Shown: positions 38,587-49,569, counted from the first letter of the stretch. The stretch: 64,000 nt of DNA from Clostridiales bacterium (GCA_024691085.1 JAILNX010000025.1:16723-80722), one strand, 5' to 3'. Notes: generated from the letters alone by a model not told the origin. Program-made: numbers and translations.

Positions 38587-39492
38587 TCATAAGTTGTCGA
38601 TATACTTCGCCGCGGCAAGGCCCGCGCTTGCGCCGTCCGACGCGGCGGTCGTGAGCTGACGGACGGTCTTTTCGCGGCAGTCTCCCGCGACGAAAATACC
38701 CGGGGTCTTCGTCAGAAGCTCCTCGCCTGCGCGTACGAAGCCGAATTCGTCAAGGTCGACAAGGTCTTTGAAAGCGTCGTTCTGGGGGATATGCCCGAGG
38801 GCGACGAAGAGTCCCGCAACTGCGACGTCCGTATCCGCGCCGCCCTGCGTGTCCTTGAGGTGCAGGAGCTTTCCGCCGTCCGCGTTTTCCATCGAATCGA
38901 TGACCTTGTTCTCGAGCCTTATGATCTTTTCGTTCGCAAGGAGCCTGTCCAGGACCGCCTTCTCCGCGCGGTAGCCGGAGCGGCGGTGGATGAGATACAC
39001 CTTTTCGCAGATATCCGCGAGGTAGAGCGCGTCCGAAACGGCGGTGTTGCCTCCGCCCACGACGGCGACGGTCTTTCCCCGGTAGAACATTCCGTCGCAG
39101 ACCGCACAGTAGGATACGCCCTCGCCCTCGAACGCGGCGGCCGCCTCGAGCCTCCTGTGCTTTAAGCCCGTCGCGATGACGACCGCCTTCGCGGTATGCT
39201 CGGTATAGCTGCCGGTCAGCTTGAAGCCCTCATCCGTCTTTTCGATGCTCCTGACCTCGTCGACGTCAAGGTTCACGCCGAGGCTGAGCGCCTGGTTGAA
39301 TACGTTGTCCGCAAGGTCAAGACCGGAGATCTCCTTGAAACCCGGATAGTTTTCGACGCGCGGCGAAAGCGTGATCTGCCCGCCGACGGCCTCCTTCTCT
39401 ATCATGACGACGCTCTTTCCGGCCCTTGCCGCGTAGATCGCGGCGGTCATTCCGGCGATGCCCGCGCCGATTATCGCAATGTCACAGTTCAT
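38587..39492 (-). CDS. trxB: Thioredoxin-disulfide reductase
   Basis: FAD site IIGAGIAGMTAA, redox CAVCDG, NADPH site VVGGGNTA. Confidence 0.9.
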   Translation of the reverse strand: MNCDIAIIGAGIAGMTAAIYAARAGKSVVMIEKEAVGGQITLSPRVENYPGFKEISGLDLADNVFNQALSLGVNLDVDEVRSIEKTDEGFKLTGSYTEHTAKAVVIATGLKHRRLEAAAAFEGEGVSYCAVCDGMFYRGKTVAVVGGGNTAVSDALYLADICEKVYLIHRRSGYRAEKAVLDRLLANEKIIRLENKVIDSMENADGGKLLHLKDTQGGADTDVAVAGLFVALGHIPQNDAFKDLVDLDEFGFVRAGEELLTKTPGIFVAGDCREKTVRQLTTAASDGASAGLAAAKYIDNL

Positions 39493-39631
39493 ATGCTTTT
39501 CCTTTCCTTTTTTATCTTTATTGTCTCTATTATATCATGTTTTACCCGCTCTGCAAGGACGAAAACGGATCCGGCTTTTAGCCGGATCCGTTCGCATTAT
39601 TAATTCTTAAGTTTTAAGTCTTAAGTATTCA

Positions 39632-42214
39632 TTAACTGATCTTCAGTCCCGTTTCGTCCGCGTCGACGGTGAGCGTCGAATACGGCGCGGGATCGTCTGC
39701 GAGGATCTTCCTCGCGAGGAGCGTCTCCACGTTCTGCGCGATGAAGCGCTTTAACGGCCTCGCGCCGAACTGCGCGTCGGAACCGTTTCTTACGATATAA
39801 CCGAGCGCCGCCTCGGTGATGTCGAGGTCGAGCGTGCGCTCCTTCATGCGTTCCGCAAGTTTTCTGACCATCAGCCTTACGATCTCGGCCATATCCTTCG
39901 CCGAAAGCGGCTTGAACATGACGGTCTCGTCAAGACGGTTTATGAACTCGGGACGGAAATGAGAGCGAAGGAGGCGCATGACCGCGGCCTTCGTTTCGTC
40001 GGAGATCCTGCCGTCCCCGCCCATGTCTTCGAGAAGAAGCTCGGAGCCAAGGTTGCTTGTCATGATGATGATGGTGTTCTTGAAGTCGACCGTGCGGCCC
40101 TGACCGTCGGTCGCGCGTCCGTCGTCCAGCACCTGCAGGAGCACGTTCAGAACGTCGGGATGAGCCTTCTCGATCTCATCGAAAAGCACGACGGCGTAGG
40201 GCTTTCTTCTGACAGCCTCGGTGAGCTGTCCGCCCTCGTCGTAGCCGACATAGCCCGGAGGAGCTCCGAGAAGACGGGATACCGAATACTTTTCCATGTA
40301 CTCCGACATATCGATGCGGACGATGCTTCTTTCGTCGTCAAACAGCGCCTCCGCAAGCGCCTTCGCAAGCTCCGTCTTGCCCACGCCCGTGGGGCCCAGG
40401 AACAGGAACGAGCCGACCGGCCTGTTCGGATCCTGTATGCCCGCGCGCGAGCGGAGTATCGCGTCGGAGACGGCCTCGACCGCCTCGTTCTGCCCGACTA
40501 CGCGTTCGTGGAGCTTGTCGTCGAGCTTAAGGAGCTTTTCGCGCTCAGACTCCATCAGCTTCGTCACGGGGATACCCGTCCATCTCGCGACGATCCTCGC
40601 GATCTCGTCGTCGGTCACGCGGTCGCGCAGGAGGGTGTTGTCACGCCCCGAGAGCTCCTTTTCCTTTTCCTCGAGCTCCTTTTTGAGCTTGGGCAGCTCG
40701 CCGTAGCGGATCTCGGCCACGCGGTTAAGGTCGTAATCGTTCTCGGCCTTCTGCATCTTCGCGTTCGCCGCCTCGATCTCGCCGCGCAGCTTCTGCACGG
40801 CCTCGATGGACTTCTTCTCGTCGTCGAACTTAGCCTTCATCTCGTTGAAGCGGTCGCGCTCCTCGGCAAGCTCCTTTCGAAGCGCCTCGAGCCTCTCCTC
40901 CGAAATGCGGTCGGTCTCCTTCTTTAGCGCGGTCTCCTCGATCTCGAGCTGCATTATCTTCCTTCGGCAGTCGTCGAGCTCCGAGGGCATGGAGTTGATC
41001 TCGGTCTTTATAAGCGCGCACGCCTCGTCCACGAGGTCGATCGCCTTGTCGGGAAGGAAACGGTCGGAGATATAGCGGTTCGAAAGCTCCGCCGCGGCGA
41101 TCAGCGCGTTGTCGTTGATCTTGACGCCGTGGAACACCTCGTACCTCTCCTTCAATCCACGGAGGATCGATACGGTGTCCGCGACGCTCGGCTCGTCGAT
41201 CATGACCGGCTGGAAACGCCTCTCCAAAGCCGCGTCCTTCTCGATGTACTTCCTGTATTCGTCGAGCGTCGTCGCGCCTATGCAGTGCAGCTCGCCTCTC
41301 GCGAGCATCGGCTTCAAGAGGTTGCCCGCGTCCATCGCGCCGTCCGTCTTGCCCGCGCCGACGATGGTGTGGAGCTCGTCGATAAAGAGGATTATCCGTC
41401 CGTCCGAGTTCTTGATCTCGGTGAGGACGGCCTTGAGCCTCTCCTCGAATTCGCCGCGGTACTTGGCGCCCGCGACGAGAGCGCCCATATCAAGGGAGAA
41501 GACGCTCCTGTCCTTAAGGTTCTCGGGCACGTCGCCGCGCACGATACGGAGCGCAAGCCCCTCGGCGATAGCCGTCTTGCCGACGCCCGGTTCGCCGATA
41601 AGGCATGGGTTGTTCTTGGTCTTTCGGGAGAGGATCCTTATCACGTTTCGTATCTCGTCGTCACGCCCGATGACGGGATCGAGCTTCTGCTCCCGCGCGA
41701 GCTCAACGAGATCCTGACCGTATTTCTTTAAAACGTCGTAAGTCCCCTCGGGATCGTCGGTCGTGACGGGACGGTCGCGGCGGACGTCCTTCAATACCGC
41801 CTTGAAGCCCGCCTCGGTTATGCCGAACTTCTTGAGTATCGGCTTCACCGTCTGGTCGGCCTTTTCGATAATGCCGAGGAACAGGTGCTCGACGCTCGTG
41901 TATTCGTCCTTCATCTTCGCGGCGATTTGCTCCGCCGCCTCGAGCGCCGCGGAGAGCTGCGGCGAGGCGTAGCCCTCGTTCGTTCCGCCCTGCATCCTCG
42001 CGAAGCTGTCCATCGCGTAGCCGAGGTCGGCGGCGACGGACTTGGGATCCGCGCCGAGCTTCTTTAATAGAGCGGGGATCAGCCCGTCCTCCTGCGTCAC
42101 GAGCGCGGACAGAAGGTGCGCCTGCTCGACCGTCGTGTTGCTGCGTGCCGAGGCAAGGCTTTGCGCCCTTTGGATAGCTTCAATACTTTTCTGCGTAAGT
42201 TTGTTCATGTTCAT
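39632..42214 (-). CDS. clpB: ATP-dependent chaperone ClpB
   Basis: Two AAA+ modules ([16 protein letters not shown]) separated by a long coiled-coil M-domain; 860 aa. Confidence 0.95.
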   Translation of the reverse strand: MNMNKLTQKSIEAIQRAQSLASARSNTTVEQAHLLSALVTQEDGLIPALLKKLGADPKSVAADLGYAMDSFARMQGGTNEGYASPQLSAALEAAEQIAAKMKDEYTSVEHLFLGIIEKADQTVKPILKKFGITEAGFKAVLKDVRRDRPVTTDDPEGTYDVLKKYGQDLVELAREQKLDPVIGRDDEIRNVIRILSRKTKNNPCLIGEPGVGKTAIAEGLALRIVRGDVPENLKDRSVFSLDMGALVAGAKYRGEFEERLKAVLTEIKNSDGRIILFIDELHTIVGAGKTDGAMDAGNLLKPMLARGELHCIGATTLDEYRKYIEKDAALERRFQPVMIDEPSVADTVSILRGLKERYEVFHGVKINDNALIAAAELSNRYISDRFLPDKAIDLVDEACALIKTEINSMPSELDDCRRKIMQLEIEETALKKETDRISEERLEALRKELAEERDRFNEMKAKFDDEKKSIEAVQKLRGEIEAANAKMQKAENDYDLNRVAEIRYGELPKLKKELEEKEKELSGRDNTLLRDRVTDDEIARIVARWTGIPVTKLMESEREKLLKLDDKLHERVVGQNEAVEAVSDAILRSRAGIQDPNRPVGSFLFLGPTGVGKTELAKALAEALFDDERSIVRIDMSEYMEKYSVSRLLGAPPGYVGYDEGGQLTEAVRRKPYAVVLFDEIEKAHPDVLNVLLQVLDDGRATDGQGRTVDFKNTIIIMTSNLGSELLLEDMGGDGRISDETKAAVMRLLRSHFRPEFINRLDETVMFKPLSAKDMAEIVRLMVRKLAERMKERTLDLDITEAALGYIVRNGSDAQFGARPLKRFIAQNVETLLARKILADDPAPYSTLTVDADETGLKIS

Positions 42215-42234
42215 AATATCACCTCATTCCGGGG

Positions 42235-42882
42235 TCACAATAGTACTTCGTTGTTCTTGACGTACGCCGCCATGCACGCCTCCGCGGCCGCCGCGGCGTC
42301 TACGGGATCGTTCACCCGGTCGAAGAACGCCTTCATAGCGCCGTCGAGCGCGTTTATGTACGCCGCGATCGACGAGCCGTCGACCGAGTCGAGTATGCGG
42401 CCGTCCTTCTTCGTGTGCGGCACCAGCTTTCTCGTCAGCCTGTTCGGCCCAAACGAGAGATCCGTCCTGCCGATGTACGCCTCCTCCAGCTTATCCCAAA
42501 GACGGAAGAACTGGAGCATCAGAAGCGTAAGCCCGTCCGAACGGCTCCTTACCTGCACGCGGAGCTCGCCTATCGAAGCGCCGTCCCGCCCCAGAGCCAC
42601 CGTGTATTTCACAGTGGGGTTATATTTGTATGAGAGCGCGGAACGCATCCTGTAGGTCGAATCGTTCGATTCCGAAAGCATGGGGAGCAGGGTGTCGCGA
42701 AGCTCCTCCTCCATGCGGCGGAATATGTCGCGCATCTTAAGCTCCTCGGTTGAGAAGCCGACCTCGCGCGCGAGCAGCCGGTTGATCAGCGCGCTGCGGC
42801 TCTGCCCCTCAGCGTACGCCATGCGGTCGACGAGCCTTATGACCTCGTCGTCAAGCACGAGGGAGTATATGCTTTTACTCAT
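42235..42882 (-). CDS. Ribbon-helix-helix (CopG-like) domain protein
   Basis: N-terminal SLVLDDEVIRLVDRMAYAEGQSRSALINRLL is RHH-like. Start at MSKSIY behind an AAAGGAG RBS. The stop lies 20 nt before the clpB start. Confidence 0.55.
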   Translation of the reverse strand: MSKSIYSLVLDDEVIRLVDRMAYAEGQSRSALINRLLAREVGFSTEELKMRDIFRRMEEELRDTLLPMLSESNDSTYRMRSALSYKYNPTVKYTVALGRDGASIGELRVQVRSRSDGLTLLMLQFFRLWDKLEEAYIGRTDLSFGPNRLTRKLVPHTKKDGRILDSVDGSSIAAYINALDGAMKAFFDRVNDPVDAAAAAEACMAAYVKNNEVLL

Positions 42883-43002
42883 AAGGTAAACTCCTTTCAT
42901 CCAATCTTTTCTCAATAACAGTATACCACGGTTTATATAATTTGCAATACCAATTAATAATATATTATGCACGGATTATAAAATGGATAGCAGGATGAGC
43001 CG

Positions 43003-43162
43003 TCTGCAATTGCAAAGAAGCCACCTTTGGGGGTGCGGGGGCTTTAGCCCCTGCCTACTGTAATCGCCGACGGCGGCGTGTACGGCGGAGGCGAAACAAT
43101 TGATTGTCAATTGGTTCCTTTATTTTTGAACGCCCGCGCATGAAATGCGCAGTTCGAAAATG
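43003..43162 (-). repeat. Structured intergenic repeat, copy B (inverted relative to 1236-1413)
   Basis: See copy A. GGGGC-TAAA-GCCCC here versus GGGGC-TTCG-GCCCC there. CAATTGA..TCAATTG here versus CAATTGC..GCAATTG there. Confidence 0.6.
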
Positions 43163-43201
43163 AAAAATCGGAAAAGCGCGACCGCGCTTTTCCGAAAGGT
43201 G

Positions 43202-43477
43202 TTATTCTGCCAATTCTTTTTCGATCCCCTCGAACACGACGCGCAGCACGCCGTTCTCCGCTGGCGCGTCCTGAACGGCGCACTTGTTCGCGAGATCGAA
43301 AGTGAGCTTTATCGCGGCAAGGCGGTCGGCGGGCTTGACGCTTTCGTCGGTAAGTATCACCTCAAGCGCGTCGAATGCCGTATCCGACAGCCTGCTCATC
43401 CGCGTTTTCAGCCTTCTCGTCCCCGCGCGCTTTTTTACCGCGGGGGAGGCCTCCTTCGGGTTTTCCGCTTTGACCAT
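43202..43477 (-). CDS. Small basic protein, possibly phage-derived (terminase-small/HTH-like)
   Basis: 91 aa with a Lys/Arg-rich N-terminus. Followed by terminator GGAAAAGCGCG/CGCGCTTTTCC. Start uncertain. Confidence 0.4.
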   Translation of the reverse strand: MVKAENPKEASPAVKKRAGTRRLKTRMSRLSDTAFDALEVILTDESVKPADRLAAIKLTFDLANKCAVQDAPAENGVLRVVFEGIEKELAE

Positions 43478-43776
43478 CTCCCTTCATGTGTTGGTACGGG
43501 CGCTTTTCCGCCCTGCTTCTATTATAGCACAAATGTTCTTGAAAATCAACCGGAACGGGCTTAATTACTATGTTATGACAGAGCTGAGAGCGGCGCGAGG
43601 CGTGTTTTCGGTACTGAAAACCAACTTTTGACACAAAAAACTTCGGGCATGAAAGAAACAAATGTTCGAAAAACTGTTGAAGAGGAGGCCTGATTCCGAT
43701 AAAATGGAATTGCGGGATAAAAACCTGCCAACACAAAAACATATAAAGTCAACGCTTAAATCAAACGGAGGTAAAG

Positions 43777-43998
43777 ATGACTGAAAAAGATCTTGACCTC
43801 ACCGAGACGGTCCTGGCGGGTTCGCCCGCCGACCGTCCCTGGGAGGGGTGCCTGAACTCGGTGACGTACCGCGTGCCGAGGGGCGTAAAGGTTATGCTTC
43901 CCGCATTTCTTTCGGAGTACATAAAGAGGACGGAAGAGGAACGGGCGAGTGCCGAGGAGACGGCGGACAGGCTGTCCCGTTCGGCAATGAGATTATAA
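43777..43998 (+). CDS. Hypothetical protein, first gene of the phage-like block
   Basis: 73 aa with a GGAGG RBS. Confidence 0.5.
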   Translation: MTEKDLDLTETVLAGSPADRPWEGCLNSVTYRVPRGVKVMLPAFLSEYIKRTEEERASAEETADRLSRSAMRL

Positions 43999-44028
43999 GG
44001 ACAAATTATTTAGGAGGAAAAAACGTAA

Positions 44029-44565
44029 ATGACACTCAACGACATCATTGTTTCCGCGCTTGCCCAGCTCGACCGCGGAAACGATTCCATGACGATGGAC
44101 GCGTATAGGAAAAGGCTTACGGACTACGCGAACGACGCGCAGTCGGACCTCGCGAGGGCGCTCCGTCTGACCAGGACCGAGACCGCCCGTCCCTCGGACG
44201 GGATAGTGGAGCTTTCCGATCTTTCGCGCGACTGCCTTAAGATCGTCCGCGTGGAGCAGCTCGGTCACGCCGTCCGCTTCAAGAGCACGGACACGGGCTC
44301 CGTCGCCCTGCCCTATAACGAAACGGCGAAGATCACCTACCGCTATGAGCCGAAGAGGCTCGAACAGCCCTCGGACGTGAGCGAGCTTCCGGAGCACGCG
44401 CACGGGCTCATCGTGACCTATATCGTCGGGCGCGAGCGCATGGCGGGCGACGTCTCGACGCAGAGGGGCGCTAACGTCTACCTTTCTATGTACGAGGCGG
44501 CGAAGTCGAAGCTCCGCCCGCATTACGGGGATCACGGCAGCTATGAGATCACGAACCGCTGGTGA
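44029..44565 (+). CDS. Hypothetical protein, phage head-tail adaptor-like by size and context
   Basis: 178 aa with a GGAGGA RBS. Stop overlaps the next gene region. Confidence 0.5.
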   Translation: MTLNDIIVSALAQLDRGNDSMTMDAYRKRLTDYANDAQSDLARALRLTRTETARPSDGIVELSDLSRDCLKIVRVEQLGHAVRFKSTDTGSVALPYNETAKITYRYEPKRLEQPSDVSELPEHAHGLIVTYIVGRERMAGDVSTQRGANVYLSMYEAAKSKLRPHYGDHGSYEITNRW

Positions 44566-44576
44566 CGGAGGGAACG

Positions 44577-46007
44577 ATGGCTAACTTCACTTACAGGATC
44601 GACCGCTTCATGGGCATCGATCAGTCGCGGGACGAAAGCCTAATTTCGCCCTCGTACTCGCCCGACGCGATGAATATGGACGCCTCGGACGGCGGCCTCC
44701 GCGTGACGAAGGGATTCTCGAAGTACGTAAGCGTTCAGATCCCGACCCTTGGCGGCGCGATCAACAGGATCTGCTTCTATAAGAACGCGTCGGGGAGCGT
44801 TCCCGTCGCGGTAACGGAGACGGGGATCTATACCTATAGCGAAGCGAACGAAACGTGGAACCTCCGCGTGAGCTTCGAGGAGGAGCGAAATTCTCCCTGC
44901 ACTTCCGCGCTTATGACCCGTATCGGCATGACCGACACCCTGCTTCTTGCCGACGGGATAGGGCGCGTGCTTAAATTCGACGGCTCCGCGTTCACGGAGT
45001 TCGGCTCGGCGGAGGGCTGCTCGGATATCAAGGTCAACTGCCTCGCGATGTTCAGGAACCGCCTTTTTGCGGCGGGCGACGCGGAGCATCCCGACAGGCT
45101 CTATTATTCGAAGCTCCCCGGCGGGGAGAGGAGCATCGAGGACTGGGGACCCGATCCCGATTCGCCGTCCGTCGAGGGCGGGCATATCGAGATCGGCGCG
45201 GCGGGAGGCGACCCGATAACGGCGCTCGCGGCGATGAGCAATCAGCTCCTCATATTCAAGAAAAGCTCCGTCTGGCGCCTTATAGGCGACCGCCCCGGCA
45301 ATTTCACGGTCGAGCTGATTAGCCGCGACTCCTCGCCGGTCTTCGGACTTGCGGCGGCGGTGTACCGCGACGTCATCTACTTTGTCACGAAGGAGGGGCT
45401 CTGTTCGTTCAACGGAGTCGACGCGTCGCCCCTGCCTGACGCGCGCATGATAAGGGGGATAATGGAAAAAGCGGACGTAACAGACACGCGCCTCGCGGTC
45501 GCCGGGGACAGGCTGTTCTTCACGGTAAGAGTCGGCCTTGAAACGAGGCTCATTGAATACGATCCGACCTTGCGCAGATATATGCAGTACGGCGGCTTCT
45601 TCGCGCGGGATATCGTGAACGACGAGGGCAGCCTCATAATAGCCGATTCCCGCCGTTATCTTGAAAAATGGGGCGAGGGGGATGATTTCGACGGTCTGCC
45701 GATCAATGCCTACTGGACGACGCCCTATACCGATCTCGGCGACAAGTCGGTGATAAAATCGCTCCGCACGCTGTACCTTCGCGGTGAGTCTTACGGGGAC
45801 GGCAGAGTCGTCGTCGGCGCCGAGGTCGGCTTTACGGACGAAACGACCGGCATACTGCTCCCCGAAAGGGTTTCGGAGGCGGCGGAGGTCAAGCTCAAAA
45901 ACGAGGGGCGCGTGTTCCGCTTAAGGATCGCGAACGACCTCGGCGGGCGGTTCGCCCTCACCGGCGGCGTCGAGCTCGAGATGAGCGTGAGAAAAAGAAC
46001 GGAGTGA
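44577..46007 (+). CDS. Hypothetical large protein, phage structural-like
   Basis: 476 aa. Start at MANFTYR behind a GGAGGG RBS. Beta-rich composition. Confidence 0.55.
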   Translation: MANFTYRIDRFMGIDQSRDESLISPSYSPDAMNMDASDGGLRVTKGFSKYVSVQIPTLGGAINRICFYKNASGSVPVAVTETGIYTYSEANETWNLRVSFEEERNSPCTSALMTRIGMTDTLLLADGIGRVLKFDGSAFTEFGSAEGCSDIKVNCLAMFRNRLFAAGDAEHPDRLYYSKLPGGERSIEDWGPDPDSPSVEGGHIEIGAAGGDPITALAAMSNQLLIFKKSSVWRLIGDRPGNFTVELISRDSSPVFGLAAAVYRDVIYFVTKEGLCSFNGVDASPLPDARMIRGIMEKADVTDTRLAVAGDRLFFTVRVGLETRLIEYDPTLRRYMQYGGFFARDIVNDEGSLIIADSRRYLEKWGEGDDFDGLPINAYWTTPYTDLGDKSVIKSLRTLYLRGESYGDGRVVVGAEVGFTDETTGILLPERVSEAAEVKLKNEGRVFRLRIANDLGGRFALTGGVELEMSVRKRTE

Positions 46008-46024
46008 CGGAGGGAGGATAATTC

Positions 46025-46213
46025 ATGGACATGCGCGCGCTGTACCCCGTAAGCCTCCCGACCGAGAGGCTCGAGGGCGAGGACGAAAAGACGCATTACG
46101 ACGTCATCAAGAAGAACGAGAGCTGCCTCAACATGAACTTTTCGCTGCTCGCGGAAAAGATCTATGAGCTCGAGATAAGGCTCGCGATACTCGAGACCGC
46201 CGCGGACGACTGA
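46025..46213 (+). CDS. Small hypothetical protein with C-terminal coiled-coil-like segment
   Basis: 62 aa with a GGAGGGAGG RBS. Confidence 0.45.
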   Translation: MDMRALYPVSLPTERLEGEDEKTHYDVIKKNESCLNMNFSLLAEKIYELEIRLAILETAADD

Positions 46214-46269
46214 CGCTTATTTACATTCCTCCGGAACGACTGTATAATGTAAAAAAGGAGGGGTGTGAA

Positions 46270-47295
46270 ATGCCTTTTATCATAGAACGGAACGACATAA
46301 CCCGTATGAACGTCGACGCGATAGTCAACGCCGCCAACAATTCGCTGTTGGGAGGCGGCGGCGTGGACGGCGCGATCCACCGCGCGGCGGGGAAGGGGCT
46401 CCTCGAGGAATGCAGAAAGCTGAACGGCTGCGAGACCGGCGAGGCAAAGGCCACCGGCGGATACGCTCTTCCCGCGAAGTACGTCATACATACCGTCGGC
46501 CCCGTGTGGCGCGGAGGCGGATACGGCGAGGAGGAGCTCCTGCGCTCCTGCTACGCCAATTCGTTAAGGATCGCCGACGGGCTTAAGTGCGAAAGCGTCG
46601 CCTTTCCGCTGATATCCGCGGGCGTATACGGCTACCCGAAGCGCGAGGCCGTGCGCGTCGCGTCGGAGTGCATAGAGGAGTTCCTTCTTAAGCACGACAT
46701 GACGGTCTATCTCGTCATATTCGACAAGGCTTCCTTTACGATATCGAAGGAGCTCATGGGCGAGGTCGAGGCGTTCATCGACGAGAATTACGTTTCCGCT
46801 CACGAGGACAGCGAGAGAACGTACATGAACCGCATGGAGGCGGCGCTCCGTCCCATAAAGAGCAAAAAGCACGCCCTCGCGGCGGATAGCGTGCTCTGCG
46901 GCGCCTCCTGCGAGGCCGTCTGCGAGGAATCGCTCGACGATATGCTGAAGAACCTCGACGAGAGCTTTTCGGAGAACCTCTTGAGGCGCATCGACTTGAG
47001 CGGCATGACCGACGCCGAATGCTACAAGAGGGCGAACATCGACCGCAAGCTGTTCTCGAAGATAAGGAGCGATAAGAACTACCGCCCGTCGAAGCCGACC
47101 GTGCTCGCCTTCGCGATCGCCCTCCGCCTCGATATGGACGGCGCGAGCGACCTTTTAAGGAGGGCGGGCTTCGCCTTCTCACGCTCGTCGAAGGCGGACG
47201 TCATCGTCGAATACTTCATCACGCACGGCGTCTACGACATCTACCGCATCAACGAAACGCTCTTCGCGTTCGACCAGAACATCCTGGGGAGCTGA
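46270..47295 (+). CDS. Macro domain protein fused to a C-terminal HTH-like domain
   Basis: MacroD-type [28 protein letters not shown] and [12 protein letters not shown]. The C-terminal 90 aa resembles an XRE-like HTH. Own promoter: TTTACA, 17-nt spacer, TATAAT. Confidence 0.8.
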   Translation: MPFIIERNDITRMNVDAIVNAANNSLLGGGGVDGAIHRAAGKGLLEECRKLNGCETGEAKATGGYALPAKYVIHTVGPVWRGGGYGEEELLRSCYANSLRIADGLKCESVAFPLISAGVYGYPKREAVRVASECIEEFLLKHDMTVYLVIFDKASFTISKELMGEVEAFIDENYVSAHEDSERTYMNRMEAALRPIKSKKHALAADSVLCGASCEAVCEESLDDMLKNLDESFSENLLRRIDLSGMTDAECYKRANIDRKLFSKIRSDKNYRPSKPTVLAFAIALRLDMDGASDLLRRAGFAFSRSSKADVIVEYFITHGVYDIYRINETLFAFDQNILGS

Positions 47296-47411
47296 CGAAA
47301 AGAACTTTCCCGTTTTAAAGCGTCCCGACCGGGGCGCTTTTAAAAAACCGCGCTACCTTTTTCCTCTTCGCGCACTCTATATAAGTGAACGGCCGTTCAA
47401 AAGGAGCAGGC

Positions 47412-47924
47412 ATGAAGAATGTAACAGATCATTTCAATACCGTGTACGACGCGACCTTCCGCGAGCTTACGCGCCTTTCGCTTCTGAAGGCACCGGCTGA
47501 CGACGCTCACGACCTCTTGCAGAACGCCTACGCGAAGTATTACGCGCTCATCTCCCGCAGGGGCAGGGACGCGGTCCGCGATCCCAAGGCGTATCTTGTA
47601 AAGGTCCTGAAGCACGAGATCGCGCATTACCACCGCAGGAGGGCAAGGTTCACGACGCTCCCTCTCGACGCGGCGGAAAACGAGCCCGCGGACGAAAACG
47701 TCGAGGAGCTCGGGATCTTAAGCGCCGCCGCGGAGGAGATCGTCTCGGCGCTCAAAGACGAGCCGGAGCTTACAAGGCGCATATTCCTGCTCGCTTACGG
47801 ATACGGCATGAAGCTCGGCGATATCGCGGACGGGATGGGCCTTACCGAGGCCGCCGTCAGATCGAGGCTCGCCCGAGCGAGAAACAGGATTAGGATCAAG
47901 CTGAAAGAGGAGAAAGAACAATGA
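47412..47924 (+). CDS. ECF-type RNA polymerase sigma factor
   Basis: 170 aa with sigma-70 region 2 and region 4 (LGDIADGMGLTEAAVRSRLARAR). AAGGAG RBS. Confidence 0.8.
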   Translation: MKNVTDHFNTVYDATFRELTRLSLLKAPADDAHDLLQNAYAKYYALISRRGRDAVRDPKAYLVKVLKHEIAHYHRRRARFTTLPLDAAENEPADENVEELGILSAAAEEIVSALKDEPELTRRIFLLAYGYGMKLGDIADGMGLTEAAVRSRLARARNRIRIKLKEEKEQ

Positions 47925-49516
47925 ACGGAAAAGACGAAAGGCTCATATCCTACGCGGAGAATGAGCTTATGAACAAGGAAGGCATAAGGGACGCGGTGAT
48001 CCGTGAAAGCGCCTCGGGACGCACGTTTAACCGGCGCAGGGCGCTCGTGCCTGTCGCGGCGTGCCTCCTCGCCGCGGTGATAACGGTCCTCGCGATCCCC
48101 CGGGCGAGAGCCGAGGTGCTGTCGTGGTTCAAAACGAGCTCGCCCGACGAGTATTTAAGGCAGGGCGAGGGCAAACGCACCCCGATAGAAGCGCTCGACG
48201 AGATCATAGTGAAGCCGGGCGACAGGGACGAATGGGGAAACCAGATCGGCTCCGTTACCGATAACCGCGTGCTCTTTACAGCGGATGAACCCGTTTGGCG
48301 GGAGATCGCGGACGATTTCAAAATGGAGCTCGGCGAGACGATGGTCGACGGGGATAAGATGTATCTTTCTGTAAGGCTCGGCGGTCTGACCGCTTTGCCG
48401 GAAGTCGACGCCGCGACCGGCGGAAACGCAACGCGCACTCACGTGCCGCAGGATCAGGTCTCAAGACTCTTTGAGGAGGGCAAAACTCCTAAAGAGCTCC
48501 TTGACGGCAGCGGTACGCTCTGGGAACCCGCTTTCGGCCGGATCTGCCTCGTTCTGGAGGATGGGACGGAGCTTGAGCTTTACGGCCTTGACTCCTTAAT
48601 GTACGATCCGGGGATCGGAGAGCATTTAAGACGCATAAACTCCGAGTTCGGGCTTGTCGGGTGGACGACTGACGAAGCCCTGCAAGCCGGGATAAGCAGG
48701 CAGAACGCGGAATGGCTCAAAGGAAAGAGCCTTATGGGAACGGTGAAATTCGATCTTGAAAGCCTCACCCTGGTCGATTACGGCTTCGCGGATCCGATGG
48801 AGTTCCTCTCGCGCTATGCCGATGAAAACGGCATTTTGAGGGCGAGAGCGGTGTACCGCGCGTTGAGCTGGACGCCGAATGGCTATGAAAAGAAGCTCGA
48901 GGCCGAGCTCGGCACGGCGTGTTTCGATATCAGGGCGTTCCAAAGGCTCGAAAAACACGACGTCGCCGCCGCGCCCGCGGCGCTTGCCTCGGGGACTGCC
49001 ATACTCTCCTATACCGAATGGGTAGAGGCGAACAACTCTTACAGGTATAACGTTAAGAATCTCGAAGCGGAGCTTTCGGGCGTAAGGTTTGAAGCTCTTG
49101 ACGGAGCGTTCATCAACGGCCTCGGGCTTATGAACGTACGGGTCAGGGTGACCTTCCCCGCCGCCTGGACGCCCGAACAGTGCGCGGCGTTCTCGCAGTG
49201 TCTGGTCTTCTTTGCCGAAGCTGACGGAGAAAGGTTCATCCCCTCTAACATGGAAAGGGAGAAGACGGGCGAGAGGGAATACGTCTTCACGTTCACATGC
49301 GTAAACTTCCCGTATTCCATGCTCGACATGCTCGAAGGGATAGAGGAGGTGCGGCTCGTACCCGTTCTGCGGCATATTGAAACGATGTGCTTGTCGACCG
49401 GCGAAAAACGCGCCATGCCGCTGAACGAAGCCGTTGAAAGACCGGAGGGAGGCTGGTTCGAAGACGGCGGGGAGCTGATCCTCACGGACGTAGTCCTCGC
49501 GTTCCGGAGGAAGTGA
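47921..49516 (+). CDS. Putative anti-sigma factor (single-pass membrane protein with large extracytoplasmic domain)
   Basis: ATGA overlap with the sigma gene. TM helix ALVPVAACLLAAVITVLAI after a short cytoplasmic N-terminus. Confidence 0.55.
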   Translation: MNGKDERLISYAENELMNKEGIRDAVIRESASGRTFNRRRALVPVAACLLAAVITVLAIPRARAEVLSWFKTSSPDEYLRQGEGKRTPIEALDEIIVKPGDRDEWGNQIGSVTDNRVLFTADEPVWREIADDFKMELGETMVDGDKMYLSVRLGGLTALPEVDAATGGNATRTHVPQDQVSRLFEEGKTPKELLDGSGTLWEPAFGRICLVLEDGTELELYGLDSLMYDPGIGEHLRRINSEFGLVGWTTDEALQAGISRQNAEWLKGKSLMGTVKFDLESLTLVDYGFADPMEFLSRYADENGILRARAVYRALSWTPNGYEKKLEAELGTACFDIRAFQRLEKHDVAAAPAALASGTAILSYTEWVEANNSYRYNVKNLEAELSGVRFEALDGAFINGLGLMNVRVRVTFPAAWTPEQCAAFSQCLVFFAEADGERFIPSNMEREKTGEREYVFTFTCVNFPYSMLDMLEGIEEVRLVPVLRHIETMCLSTGEKRAMPLNEAVERPEGGWFEDGGELILTDVVLAFRRK

Positions 49517-49569
49517 CGCCTGAGATCCCGATTTGAAAGCCGCCGCAGATCATCTGCGGCGGCTGTTTA

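Noticed and set aside
43362-43742. 126-aa minus-strand ORF in the gap between the small basic protein and the phage-like block.
   Set aside because: It overlaps the better-supported 91-aa ORF in another frame, has no RBS, and its translation looks random.
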